From Candidatus Saccharimonadales bacterium (lineage in GTDB: Bacteria > Patescibacteriota > Saccharimonadia > Saccharimonadales > JBGSXW01), in NCBI GenBank assembly GCA_041751215.1, contig JBGSXW010000002.1:350591-414590 (forward strand): DNA of 64,000 bases, in the 5' to 3' direction. The notes under the pieces were generated by a model, which did not search any database, was not told where the DNA came from, and saw only the letters and a program-made list of their open reading frames with translations. Of the stretch, positions 16,488 to 26,526 are shown one piece after another. Positions within the stretch are counted from its first letter, which is position 1. Each line of letters opens with the position of its first letter. A program made the translations under genes and the position numbers.

Positions 16488-18230
16488 ATGAAAAAGATAC
16501 TTTCAACTTACAAGATCCGCCAACAGTCAGGGTTCATTATGCCCTCGGTTATCATAATGATGCTGACAATGATGGTGCTCTCGGCTGTCACCATGCAGGT
16601 CGTTATCGGAAACTTCAGTCTGGCTAAGCGCCAGGCCTATTTACAGATCGCACAGGTTGCCTCCAAGTCAGCCATTGACTACGCCAAGGAGCAATTTGAA
16701 GCCGACCCTAACTACAACGGAACGCCAGAAACAGAGTTGGTCAACGTTGGAAAATATCGAGTGACATTTCAGGTTAACGTTGTTGACACTTCAGATGATG
16801 GGCTAGAAAAAAACATCCAAGGGTTTGGCAACGTTTATGTACCTGAAACCTCAGAAACAGCTAGGTTTGTAAGAGACATTAAAGCTCAAATTATTAGACG
16901 TGGAACTGTTAGTGGCGATCCTACCGACTACAGCCCCAGCCTATGGCTAGATGCCAGCGATGAGAGCACCTTGCTAACCAACACGGTCAGCTCGATTACA
17001 CGAATCGCGAGCAGCACTAAGGAAGAAAAAACCAGTGGCTGGCATTCTATATTCTCTTGGCTTAGCAACGATCTAGAGTTTTTTGATGGATTTATTTTGG
17101 GGCTGCAAAGACTTGGGGTTAGATTTGCAAATGTTGCCATCCCACCAGGAGCCAACATTACCCAAGCATACTTACAGTTCCAGGTTGATGAAACCGGAAG
17201 CGCCCAGGGTATTACTGCAAACATTCGCGGAATCGATACAGACAATAAAGGCAACTTTTTAGCTCCACTGTCGTCAGACGAACTCAAGGACGCTTCGCTT
17301 ACAAATGCTTCCACTCTCTGGCCAATACCAACCTGGAACGTTGTTGGCCAGAGCAGTTTAGCGCAGCGTACACCTGATTTATCGGGGATTGTTCAGGAAA
17401 TTGTAGATCGAGGCGGATGGAGCAGCGGCAATGGTCTAGCCTTTAGGCTTAATAAACAAGGTGGCGGCAGTGGGCTACGGGTAGCAGAAAAGAATCCAGT
17501 GTCGCTTTACGTAGAATGGGGCGGCGGTGGAACCGACGAAGCCGATGATGGCGAGGCGGTTGTTCAGTGGAATGATAAGTCCGGCAACGGCAATAATGCA
17601 TTTGTAGAGTACGGCAACGCTCCGATTAAGCGCAGTGATGAGCAGAACAACCAGTCGGTGGTCGAGTTTAACGGCGACGGGGCGATGCGCAGTGGCCTCT
17701 CTGCTGATATTAATTCGGAGTCTCTGACTGCCTTTTTAGTAACTCGTCCCAAGACTACAAGCTATGGCAATGGACGTTTTCTTAGCGCAATGAACTCTGA
17801 CCAAGACCATGACTGGAACACCACCAGCGGAGCTGCATTGTTTAGGCGCGTAAACAGCTCTGCAAATATTGACGGCTACCACAACTCACAAACCGGACCA
17901 GCGGCAATAGCTGCCATCAACGACAGCTATGGTGTGTTTTCGAATCTGTTGTCTGATCCAGAAACTGATGTTATTCGCCATAACGGCGTAGAGGCAGAGT
18001 TAAATATTACGAATGATTTTGAAGACCTAGAAGAAATTTTTATTGGCGGCAGACGATGCAGCTCATCTGGTTGCGACTACGTTGATGCGTATATAGCCGA
18101 GGTAATTGTCTACGACTACGCGCTCAACTGCGATCAGATTCAGGCCATCGAAAACTACTTAGCAGATAAGTGGAGTATCAACCAGACAGAATACACATGT
18201 CCAGCCACTCCAACAGAACCAGTTCTTTAA
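16488..18230 (+). CDS. large pilus-associated protein (PilX-like N-terminus, LamG/jelly-roll-like C-terminal region)
   Basis: QQSG|FIMPSVIIMMLTMMVL hydrophobic N-terminus lacking Glu5. The 580 aa include a C-terminal ...DEVIVYDYALN-type LamG-like ending. Confidence 0.5.
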   Translation: MKKILSTYKIRQQSGFIMPSVIIMMLTMMVLSAVTMQVVIGNFSLAKRQAYLQIAQVASKSAIDYAKEQFEADPNYNGTPETELVNVGKYRVTFQVNVVDTSDDGLEKNIQGFGNVYVPETSETARFVRDIKAQIIRRGTVSGDPTDYSPSLWLDASDESTLLTNTVSSITRIASSTKEEKTSGWHSIFSWLSNDLEFFDGFILGLQRLGVRFANVAIPPGANITQAYLQFQVDETGSAQGITANIRGIDTDNKGNFLAPLSSDELKDASLTNASTLWPIPTWNVVGQSSLAQRTPDLSGIVQEIVDRGGWSSGNGLAFRLNKQGGGSGLRVAEKNPVSLYVEWGGGGTDEADDGEAVVQWNDKSGNGNNAFVEYGNAPIKRSDEQNNQSVVEFNGDGAMRSGLSADINSESLTAFLVTRPKTTSYGNGRFLSAMNSDQDHDWNTTSGAALFRRVNSSANIDGYHNSQTGPAAIAAINDSYGVFSNLLSDPETDVIRHNGVEAELNITNDFEDLEEIFIGGRRCSSSGCDYVDAYIAEVIVYDYALNCDQIQAIENYLADKWSINQTEYTCPATPTEPVL

Positions 18231-18286
18231 TAGGCATTACCTCTAAGAATTGATATAATTTAGCCAAGTAGCGCTAATGCTTAACT

Positions 18287-19354
18287 ATGATTAATACTCC
18301 ACTATTTTACCGCGACGAACCAATCTTTGGCTTTGACCTGGGCTATAACAGCTTGAAGGTCATGGAGATCAATACTGCCAGACAGCCCAACAAAGTTGTA
18401 GGTTATGGTTTTGCTAGTTTTGATCCAAAATTTGTCCAAAAAGGAGTAATTAAAGATCCTGAGGGTGTCGCCAAAGCCGCCCATGATTTGTTTACCCATA
18501 ACCTAGTGGGGCAGATCGACACTAAGCGCGTTGTGACCGCCCTGCCCGTTGCCCAAACTTTTGTGCGAGTCTTGACCATGCCTAAAGTTTCTAAAGAAAA
18601 CCTCGAAAGCGCAGTAATGGCCGAAGCCGAGCAGTACTTGCCGGTTGCCACAGGTGAACTTTACTTTGATTTTGAGGTTAGTGACTCAGAAGAAAAAGAA
18701 ACTCAAGAGGTTTTAGTGGTGGCAGCTCCCAAGAAAATTGTTGATTCTTACTTAACATTATTTAGCTTACTCGGTCTTGAGTTAGCTGCACTTGAAACTA
18801 CTATTAGCGCCTCGACTCGCTTGGTACGGCACGCCGAAGGTACCGACATGCCAACCCTAATGATCGATTTTGGCAGCATTTCGACCGACCTAGCCATATT
18901 CGATAAAACGCTGCGCGTTACTGGTGCTGTAGCTGATGGTGGAGACACTATCACTGCTACGATTGCGAGTAAATTAGGACTCTCAGCTAAGCAAGCTCAT
19001 ATCGTCAAAACCCGACATGGACTGAGCGCCGGCAAACATCAGCAGCACATAACCAAAGCTATTGAGCCAATGCTAGCTAACCTCGTTAACGAGATTAAGC
19101 GCATGGTACGCTTTTATCAAGAACGCTCAGGGACAAGCAGCAAGTTAGAGCAAGTAATTATTGTTGGCGGCGGGGCAAACATGCCCGGACTTGCTGATTT
19201 TTTGACCGATCGTCTGCGTATGGCAACTCGAACCGTTGACCCTTGGCTACACCTTGATTTTGGACGACTGCAACCACCACATCAGCTTGAAAAAACTTTA
19301 TATGCAACTGTAGCCGGTCTGGCACTGCTTGACCCAAGGAGTATTCACAAATGA
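18287..19354 (+). CDS. pilM: type IV pilus assembly protein PilM (actin-like ATPase)
   Basis: FGFDLGYNSLKVMEI phosphate-1 motif and ...IIVGGGANMPGL. Confidence 0.85.
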   Translation: MINTPLFYRDEPIFGFDLGYNSLKVMEINTARQPNKVVGYGFASFDPKFVQKGVIKDPEGVAKAAHDLFTHNLVGQIDTKRVVTALPVAQTFVRVLTMPKVSKENLESAVMAEAEQYLPVATGELYFDFEVSDSEEKETQEVLVVAAPKKIVDSYLTLFSLLGLELAALETTISASTRLVRHAEGTDMPTLMIDFGSISTDLAIFDKTLRVTGAVADGGDTITATIASKLGLSAKQAHIVKTRHGLSAGKHQQHITKAIEPMLANLVNEIKRMVRFYQERSGTSSKLEQVIIVGGGANMPGLADFLTDRLRMATRTVDPWLHLDFGRLQPPHQLEKTLYATVAGLALLDPRSIHK

Positions 19355-19962
19355 TCAGTTTGCTTCCCCCAGAGTCTAAGAATGCAACTAAATACGCACG
19401 CCTAAATGTGACTCTAATTGAATACTGCGTGTTGGTCATAATAATTAGCGCTGGACTACTTGGCATCGTCTTTTTTGGGATGGTAATTGTTAGTCGTGAA
19501 GAAAAAAATCTAAAAGCGTCGATTGCCGCCGACGAAGCGCAGGTCCGCGAGCTTGCTTCAATAAGCAGCGAGGCTAAGGAACTGTCTAGCACAGTTGACA
19601 CTATCTCTACCCTGCTTGAGCGTGAAGTTAAATTCTCTGAACTACTAGATGAAATTGGCTCAATTTTGCCACGAGGCTCTGTGTTGACCGGTCTTACTTT
19701 GTCTACTCAACAAGATCAGCCGTTAACGCTTGATGCGCTGGTAGTAGACGAGGAGGCGGCGGCGGTTTTACGAGAAAACCTAGCTGACTCGGATCTGTTT
19801 GAAGCCGCCGATATTGTTAGCATCTCTTCTGGCGAAACCGACAGCGGCAATCAATCATATAGCTATACCGCCCAGTACCGCGCCTACTTTACCGGCTCAG
19901 CTGACGCCACAAAGAAGAAAGCCGCTGATCAAAACAAGCCAAGCGAGGAGTCTGAAGAATGA
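19351..19962 (+). CDS. pilN: PilN-like pilus assembly protein
   Basis: N-terminal SLLP motif, a single TM helix and a coiled coil. It is coupled to pilM. Confidence 0.6.
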   Translation: MISLLPPESKNATKYARLNVTLIEYCVLVIIISAGLLGIVFFGMVIVSREEKNLKASIAADEAQVRELASISSEAKELSSTVDTISTLLEREVKFSELLDEIGSILPRGSVLTGLTLSTQQDQPLTLDALVVDEEAAAVLRENLADSDLFEAADIVSISSGETDSGNQSYSYTAQYRAYFTGSADATKKKAADQNKPSEESEE

Positions 19963-20534
19963 GACAAAAACGCGCCTACTTAGTCATGCTTGGTGTTTTA
20001 GCGGCTACGGTATTGATCGGGCTGGCTGGCTTTTACCTGGGCGAGCAAAGACTAGCAAAAAGAGCAGCCTCGATTGCTGATTTAAAGGCTGATCAACAAA
20101 TTGCTCAGCAGCAAATAGAAATCTATAAAGAAACTGAAGCCAAGGTTGAAGAACTATCGTTTGTAAAAGAACTAGCTGATGATGTGCTGCCTCAAGAAAA
20201 GGCGCAGGCGGCTGCTGTCGCTCAACTTCAAGTGTTAGCCCGCGAATCAGGCGTGGGCGTCCAGACTATTAGTTTTGGCGGCAGCAGTGATCCTAAGTCG
20301 CCGGAACTATCTCAAACAAATGCGGTCGACGGCGTAACCGGAGTTAGAACATTTCAGGTAACCCTTAGTTTAGAAACTGGATCAACCTACAAAGAATTCC
20401 TCAACTTTTTGCAAAAACTCGAGCGGAACAGACGAAAGATGCAAGTTACTAGCCTCGCAATTACACCGGATTCTAATAACCGAAATATTCTCTCATCGGC
20501 CAACTTATCAATTAATGTTTACTTGAGAGGCTAG
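19959..20534 (+). CDS. pilO: PilO-like pilus assembly protein
   Basis: Single TM helix followed by a coiled coil, plus operon position. Confidence 0.55.
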   Translation: MRQKRAYLVMLGVLAATVLIGLAGFYLGEQRLAKRAASIADLKADQQIAQQQIEIYKETEAKVEELSFVKELADDVLPQEKAQAAAVAQLQVLARESGVGVQTISFGGSSDPKSPELSQTNAVDGVTGVRTFQVTLSLETGSTYKEFLNFLQKLERNRRKMQVTSLAITPDSNNRNILSSANLSINVYLRG

Positions 20535-20535
20535 T

Positions 20536-20841
20536 ATGAAGCTATTTGGACTTGAGCTTGAAACCAAAAAGTACATAACTCAGGCTAAGAACTATGCCAG
20601 TAAATACCGAGTAACACTTACGAGTATTGCAATCTTGCTGGTGTTTTCAACAGCAATCATTCGCATTGACCGTTTAGCTAGCCCGGACATGAATCAAGAT
20701 CGATACGATGAGCAATTAGAAACCATCCAACGTGTGGATTTTGATGAAGACGCGATCAAAGAGATTAGAGCACTGAGAGATGTCGATGTCGATGTTGACT
20801 CACGCTTTAATGACCGCCGCGAAAATCCATTTAGCGAATAG
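20536..20841 (+). CDS. hypothetical single-TM protein, last gene of the pilus operon
   Basis: An ORF coupled to pilO with one TM helix. Confidence 0.4.
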   Translation: MKLFGLELETKKYITQAKNYASKYRVTLTSIAILLVFSTAIIRIDRLASPDMNQDRYDEQLETIQRVDFDEDAIKEIRALRDVDVDVDSRFNDRRENPFSE

Positions 20842-20843
20842 TC

Positions 20844-21407
20844 TTAGATACCAGCACCAGACGGCGACTGAGGGCCTTGTCGGTTATGAACATATTGTTC
20901 GTGGGCTTCGATAATTTGCTTTGATAATCGATCTGGATTGCGTGCATACGTAAAACGAAAGTTAGCAGCCTCTCCTGCGGTCTCTATCTCAACCGTTCCA
21001 TAGCTGAACATGCTTGCTAGAATCCCTACTTTATCAGCCGATACATCTTGAATCTTGGCCAGATTAAGTTGTGATATTTGACGGTTAAACAAGCCAAATT
21101 GAAGAATCTGCAGAATGTTTTCGTTGGTTAATACTAGCTGGTTTGTCCGATAAATCTTGATGGCAATTGCTGCTATCGCAAAGATAAAGACAATAACGGC
21201 ACCGAACACCAGCATTATTATGCCGTTGCCAAAATCTTCCAAGCCAACATCAGCTTTTTTATTAATCACAAAGTACATGGCGCCGAGCAACATAGCGATG
21301 GCTGCAAAGGCTCCGAGAAAAATTTCGATCATTCCGATTGGATGACGCTTTTCGTTAAAAATGATTTTTTCGTTAGGATCGATGTCTAGAATATCTTGTA
21401 ATGACAT
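20844..21407 (-). CDS. membrane protein with bacterial PH domain (YdbS/YdbT-like)
   Basis: Two TM helices followed by a ~80-aa bPH-like domain (LTNENILQI...GTVEIETAG). Confidence 0.55.
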   Translation of the reverse strand: MSLQDILDIDPNEKIIFNEKRHPIGMIEIFLGAFAAIAMLLGAMYFVINKKADVGLEDFGNGIIMLVFGAVIVFIFAIAAIAIKIYRTNQLVLTNENILQILQFGLFNRQISQLNLAKIQDVSADKVGILASMFSYGTVEIETAGEAANFRFTYARNPDRLSKQIIEAHEQYVHNRQGPQSPSGAGI

Positions 21408-21432
21408 GGTGTTCTCTTTCTTGTTATTAAGA

Positions 21433-22467
21433 TTATAACAGCTTGGCTTGATCTTTATTGTCAGTGTTTTTTGGACCTGCTATGCCCAGATGCCTGTAGG
21501 CTTTGGGTGTAGCTTTTCTACCCCTCGGTGTCCGTTCTAGTAGTCCGATTTGCAATAGGTACGGTTCATAAAAATCTTCGATAGTGGATCGTTCCTCGGA
21601 AGTTAGGGCAGCAATCGTTTCGACACCAACAGGACCACCACTGTGGTTAACGATGATTGCTTCAAGCAAGCGTCGGTCACCGTGGTCTAAGCCAATCTCA
21701 TCAATTTCTAACATCTCGAGTGCTTTTAGCCCTGTAGGGTGATCAATAATTCCATCGCCGTTAACGTCAGCGTAGTCGCGGGCGCGTTTTAGCAAGCGGT
21801 TAGCGATTCTTGGGGTTAGACGCGAGCGCTTAGCAATTTCGTGACCAGCCGGTTTATCGAGTTTTACGCCAAGTATCCGCGAAGATCGACTCAGAATCTT
21901 TTCAATTTCTTCAGGTGTGTAAAATTCCAGTCGCTGCAAAATCCCAAAACGGTCACGCAGCGGTGCGGCCAGGTTTCCGGTTCTGGTAGTCGCACCGATG
22001 ATCGTAAACTTGGGTAAATCTAGTCGCAGACTACGCGCTGAGGGGCCTTTGCCGAGCATGATATCGAGCTGGTAATCCTCCATGGCCGAGTAGAGTACTT
22101 CCTCTACTTGCCGACTTAGGCGGTGAATCTCATCAATAAACAAGATCTGGTTATCTTCTAGGTTGGTAAGCAGTGAGGCTAGATCACCTGCGCGTTCAAT
22201 GGCCGGACCTGAAGTAACTCGCATATCCACGCCCATTTCATGAGCAATCACACCGGCCATGGTCGTTTTGCCCAGTCCTGGCGGACCGTGCAGCAAGATA
22301 TGATCGATTGGCTCACCCCGCTTTTTGGCCGCATCGATCGCCAACTTGACGGTTTTCTTTAATCGCTCCTGACCAATGTAGTTCTCAAAGTCTTTAGGCC
22401 GCAGAGTTTCTTCTACCTGCTCCTCTTCTTTATCTTCTGGCTCGTCTTTGGCGATTCTCTCGATCAT
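21433..22467 (-). CDS. ruvB: Holliday junction helicase RuvB
   Basis: [19 protein letters not shown] and canonical RuvB sequence throughout. Confidence 0.97.
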   Translation of the reverse strand: MIERIAKDEPEDKEEEQVEETLRPKDFENYIGQERLKKTVKLAIDAAKKRGEPIDHILLHGPPGLGKTTMAGVIAHEMGVDMRVTSGPAIERAGDLASLLTNLEDNQILFIDEIHRLSRQVEEVLYSAMEDYQLDIMLGKGPSARSLRLDLPKFTIIGATTRTGNLAAPLRDRFGILQRLEFYTPEEIEKILSRSSRILGVKLDKPAGHEIAKRSRLTPRIANRLLKRARDYADVNGDGIIDHPTGLKALEMLEIDEIGLDHGDRRLLEAIIVNHSGGPVGVETIAALTSEERSTIEDFYEPYLLQIGLLERTPRGRKATPKAYRHLGIAGPKNTDNKDQAKLL

Positions 22468-22955
22468 GCCGTAACCTCTCGGGTTGCTAGTTCAATAACT
22501 TCTCTGAAGTCATGCGTGCTAGCACGTTTAAGGCCACTAACTTTCTCAAGCGGAACCCATTCAGGCATTCCCATATAATCCTTCTCGGCTTCTTCTATAC
22601 CATCGATACTAAACTCTCCGCCCACATACTCGCAGAGGTAGTAGATAAGGATCGAGTGATAGTTATATTGTTTTTCAGGATCGGGCCAAACAAAGAAACT
22701 TTCAGCGACATCAAGTAGCTTCATTGGCCTTGTTTCGATGCCGGTTTCTTCTCGGACTTCTCTAACCACGGCTTCAGTCATCTGCTCACCCAGCTCAATA
22801 CCGCCACCAGGCAGATCATACTTGTCTCCAAATTGGTGCGACATCAATAACTTGCCGTCTTTTATAACTAGCCCGTAAATACTGGGGCGCCACTCTAAAT
22901 CACCAGCCTCAATCTTATAGGTTTTACCGAAGACATCTCGACCACTAACAATCAT
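22464..22955 (-). CDS. NUDIX hydrolase (embedded between ruvA and ruvB)
   Basis: Nudix box [23 protein letters not shown]. Confidence 0.85.
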   Translation of the reverse strand: MIVSGRDVFGKTYKIEAGDLEWRPSIYGLVIKDGKLLMSHQFGDKYDLPGGGIELGEQMTEAVVREVREETGIETRPMKLLDVAESFFVWPDPEKQYNYHSILIYYLCEYVGGEFSIDGIEEAEKDYMGMPEWVPLEKVSGLKRASTHDFREVIELATREVTA

Positions 22956-23521
22956 CAGTTAAGTCCCTTCAGGGCTTGCTTTACGCGCTCCTCGGTTTTA
23001 AGCGCGCGGTCAACGCCAGCTAGTGCGGCAGCGGCTTCGTTGGCGGGGTAGCCAAGCGCAACTAACGCAGCTTGCGCATCGTCTCCCGCTGCCACTACTC
23101 CAACTCCCGAACTCACGCCAGCTAAGCCGACCTTATCTTTAAGGTCAACGCAGATTCGATCAGCAATCTTTTTGCCAACACCGGGAGCACTAGATATGTA
23201 AGCCGAGTCTTGGTTGGCAATCGCGTTCTGGAGCGCCGAGGCATCACCCAGACCGATAATCGATAAAGCGGCCTTTGGACCCACACCGTTAACTCCAATT
23301 AGCTGCGTAAAAAGTCTTTCGGCAGTAGCAGACATAAAGCCGTAGAGTTCTTCTGCTTGTTCGCGAACATGGTGGTAAGTGTGCAAATCAACCTTGTCGC
23401 CAAGCTTGTTTTTATCGATATCGTGCCCACTCATTAAAATTTCGTAGCCAATACCAGAAACTTCCACCACCAGACTCTGTGGCAAGATATCTATCACCTC
23501 TCCCCTAATTCGCGCAATCAT
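22955..23521 (-). CDS. ruvA: Holliday junction binding protein RuvA
   Basis: MIARIRGEV... OB fold and tandem HhH motifs (GVGPKAAL, GVGKKIADR). Confidence 0.92.
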   Translation of the reverse strand: MIARIRGEVIDILPQSLVVEVSGIGYEILMSGHDIDKNKLGDKVDLHTYHHVREQAEELYGFMSATAERLFTQLIGVNGVGPKAALSIIGLGDASALQNAIANQDSAYISSAPGVGKKIADRICVDLKDKVGLAGVSSGVGVVAAGDDAQAALVALGYPANEAAAALAGVDRALKTEERVKQALKGLN

Positions 23522-23543
23522 GTCCTAATTATAGCAACCGGCA

Positions 23544-24011
23544 TCAGATAGACATAGCGCAACAGATAGCAGCTGCTAGCGCATCGGCACAATCATCGGG
23601 TTTGGGAACTTCTTTGAGTTTTAGCAACACCTTAACCATCTCTTGAACCTGCTGTTTGTCGGCTTTACCGTAGCCGGTAATGGCTTGTTTGATCTGCAGG
23701 GGAGTGTATTCGTAAATTGGCAGCTTGTTTTGGCGAGCAACCAACATAACAACACCGCGAGCTTGTGATACGGACATCGCCGTTGAAACATTGGTCTGAA
23801 AGAATAGCTTTTCAATTGAGACGACTTCTGGCTTGTTGGTCTTGATGATGTCTGCGACTGAATCGCAAATTATCTCTAATCGCTCGTCATCTGGCGTGTG
23901 CGGCTTGGTCCGAATCACTCCAGCATCAACCATCTTGTACTTTTGCCCATCAACATCAATCACGCCAAAACCAGTTATACCGGTGCCGGGATCAATGCCG
24001 AGTATTCTCAT
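23544..24011 (-). CDS. ruvC: Holliday junction resolvase RuvC
   Basis: MRILGIDPGTGITGFGVI and the C-terminal DDCADALA catalytic Asp. Confidence 0.92.
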   Translation of the reverse strand: MRILGIDPGTGITGFGVIDVDGQKYKMVDAGVIRTKPHTPDDERLEIICDSVADIIKTNKPEVVSIEKLFFQTNVSTAMSVSQARGVVMLVARQNKLPIYEYTPLQIKQAITGYGKADKQQVQEMVKVLLKLKEVPKPDDCADALAAAICCAMSI

Positions 24012-24322
24012 TTTTTGGTTCTGTTAAAAACCGTAATTGCACCAAATGAGACTGTCGTCCAAAAGAGCATATTAAGTGCAAATGCCCCAGCGTTAAGTTC
24101 GGTTTTAGGAGGATTATAAACTGGGTTACCCCCCTCGCTCTGCATTATGAAGGAAGCTGGCCAGCCTCTCTCTTCATAACGACCCCGCTCGTCCACAACA
24201 TCAGGGCAGAAACCGCTCGTCCTGCATCGTTCCGCTAAGCTACTGTGCTTATCAACCTTTAAGACCGCGCTAGCTAAGCAAGCGACAAGTCCAATCGCTA
24301 TGGCTATTAATAAAAGTTTCAA
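24008..24322 (-). CDS. hypothetical small exported/membrane protein
   Basis: N-terminal signal/TM and C-terminal TM helix. It is coupled between yebC and ruvC. Confidence 0.4.
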   Translation of the reverse strand: MKLLLIAIAIGLVACLASAVLKVDKHSSLAERCRTSGFCPDVVDERGRYEERGWPASFIMQSEGGNPVYNPPKTELNAGAFALNMLFWTTVSFGAITVFNRTKK

Positions 24323-25053
24323 ATCTCTATTCCTTCAGCTATCTCGAAATTTGAGTAGGTATTCGTAACGTCATCTATATCATCAATTGCCTCAAGTAGC
24401 CGCACCAGTTTTTGCGCGGTAGACTGGTCGCCAACTTCTACGGTGTTCTTCGGAATGTAGGCCAGTTCAGCTTCGATCACTTCGATTCCGCCCTCTTTGA
24501 GCTTGTTGCGAACTGCCGCTAGGTCTTTCATCTCTGTGTAGACAATAATTTCATCGCCCTCTTCACTTGCATCTTGGGCGCCGGCGTCTAGAACTTCAAG
24601 GAGAGTGGTTTCAGGATCGTCCCCAGCCTTAACTCGAATTACACCTCTTCGATCAAACTGATAGGCCACCGCTCCTGTTTCGGCAAGGTTACCGCCGTGT
24701 TTAGAGAAGGCAGTTTTAACTTCGGTTGATATGCGGTTCTTGTTGTCAGAAGCCGCTTCAACAATGATCGCAGTTCCGCCTGGTCCATAACCTTCGTAGG
24801 TATATTCGGTGATTTGATCACCGCCGAGTTCGCCGGTTCCGCGTTTAATAGAACGCTCGATGTTAGCGTTTGGCATGTTGGCAGCTTTGGCTTTTTCGAT
24901 CGCCAGGGCAAGAGTTGGATTCATGGTGGGGTCGCCGCCCGATTTAGCTGCTACCGCGACGGTATTTCCGAGCTTGGTAAACAACTGCCCGCGCTTGGCG
25001 TCGTTTGCACCTTTTTGTCGTTTAATTGTTGCCCATTTTGAATGACCAGACAT
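24319..25053 (-). CDS. yebC: YebC/PmpR family DNA-binding regulator
   Basis: MSGHSKWATIKRQKGANDAKRG... Confidence 0.92.
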   Translation of the reverse strand: MSGHSKWATIKRQKGANDAKRGQLFTKLGNTVAVAAKSGGDPTMNPTLALAIEKAKAANMPNANIERSIKRGTGELGGDQITEYTYEGYGPGGTAIIVEAASDNKNRISTEVKTAFSKHGGNLAETGAVAYQFDRRGVIRVKAGDDPETTLLEVLDAGAQDASEEGDEIIVYTEMKDLAAVRNKLKEGGIEVIEAELAYIPKNTVEVGDQSTAQKLVRLLEAIDDIDDVTNTYSNFEIAEGIEI

Positions 25054-25063
25054 AAAGCTCCTT

Positions 25064-26467
25064 TTATTGTCTCTTTAAGTATAGCTTACGGTGATAATGG
25101 AGTGCCAGAGCAAACGCTCCAACCAGACAATAGATTACGCCGAGTTGATACCAGGTCATTGTTACCTCAACTAGTGCTCCAGGAATAACTGCCAGCAAGT
25201 CTACTATCTTGATGATTAGCCCTAAAACAAGAGTGGCTGGCAAACTAAGAAGCGGGCTAGCAAACGAGCCGATCAATGCGATGGTCGTCATCAGCATTGC
25301 TAGTGGTACCAGGGGCACAACCAGAGCGTTGGCTAGAAACGAAATGACCGAGAGTTCGCCGAAGATTACCATTATCAACGGCAACGCCATAATTTGAGCA
25401 CTAAACGTTTCTATTAAAACACTCGGCAACAAGCCGGGTGTTCTTTTCTTGTAAAATCGATCGGTAAGCAAGGGCGCTACAATTAATATCCCACTAAATG
25501 CTAAGAATGAAAGCCACCAGCCCAGATCCGACCACAAGTAAAGTGGACTGATGGTTGCAGTGACGGCCGCAGGCAACATGATTACAACAAGCGGCGAAAC
25601 GGCCCTGCCAAAATAAGCGGCGGCAAGCGCCACACCAGAAACCGCCGATGCCCGAACTATTGAAGGGCTTAGGCCGGTAATACCTAAAAAAGCAATAATC
25701 AGAGCTATCGAACCAAACAAGGCCAGCCGATGCGAAAAACGGCCAACCGTGCGCTGCGATACTCTAACTAAAATTGTTAGATTATAGCCCGAAGCTACCA
25801 CAATATGCGTGAGGCCTACGACTGCCAGATTTTCCTCTAGGTTCGCGGGCAAAAAGCTTTTTATGCCAACCAGAAAACCCAAGCCGAGTGATGCGTGCGG
25901 CTCAGGCAAAATAGTGTAGGTCTTAGTTATTGCCTCGGTTCTTAGTCGCTCGAGCTGGCTGTTCGACTCTTCCAGCACCTCAGTCTCAGCAAAACTCACG
26001 CTACCCTGCCAGCTGCCAAAGCCTGGATAAAGTTTGCCTTCGCTTGAAACAATGTCGCCGCGATTAATGTTGCCAGTGCCAAACGAGCGTACCCGAACTC
26101 GACCAATTAGCTGCTCGTTATTAATCTGTGGCGATCCAATATGAAATTGAGTTTGGCCACGGTCATCATACGAGGGGTCATCGATAACTCTTCCGATTAC
26201 TGTTACTTGTTGTTCGATATATCGATCGTATTTACTTAGATCGCCTAAAGCCGCCTGGCCACGCCAACACCCAATCCAAAGCGTGGCAACAAACAAAACA
26301 ATCAGCAGCTTTAAGCCTTTGCGCATTAAAATCCAGCCAATTGTGGCCGCAATTAGAGCTAATTCCAGGGGAAAGTCTGTAATAAAACGAGCCAAAACCA
26401 AGCCAGCAATTAAACCACTGCAGCCAACCAAGATCAGTGCGCGATTATCCAAATGCATGAAATTCAA
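25064..26467 (-). CDS. comEC: DNA internalisation channel ComEC/Rec2 (competence domain only)
   Basis: Polytopic membrane protein with an N-terminal OB-like segment and a GLTHIVVASGYNLTIL competence-domain motif. There is no C-terminal beta-lactamase domain. Confidence 0.78.
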   Translation of the reverse strand: MNFMHLDNRALILVGCSGLIAGLVLARFITDFPLELALIAATIGWILMRKGLKLLIVLFVATLWIGCWRGQAALGDLSKYDRYIEQQVTVIGRVIDDPSYDDRGQTQFHIGSPQINNEQLIGRVRVRSFGTGNINRGDIVSSEGKLYPGFGSWQGSVSFAETEVLEESNSQLERLRTEAITKTYTILPEPHASLGLGFLVGIKSFLPANLEENLAVVGLTHIVVASGYNLTILVRVSQRTVGRFSHRLALFGSIALIIAFLGITGLSPSIVRASAVSGVALAAAYFGRAVSPLVVIMLPAAVTATISPLYLWSDLGWWLSFLAFSGILIVAPLLTDRFYKKRTPGLLPSVLIETFSAQIMALPLIMVIFGELSVISFLANALVVPLVPLAMLMTTIALIGSFASPLLSLPATLVLGLIIKIVDLLAVIPGALVEVTMTWYQLGVIYCLVGAFALALHYHRKLYLKRQ

Positions 26468-26526
26468 GCTATCAGAATAGAGACAGACTTAAATAGCTTC
26501 TGAACTATTAATTCACAAACTTTTAA

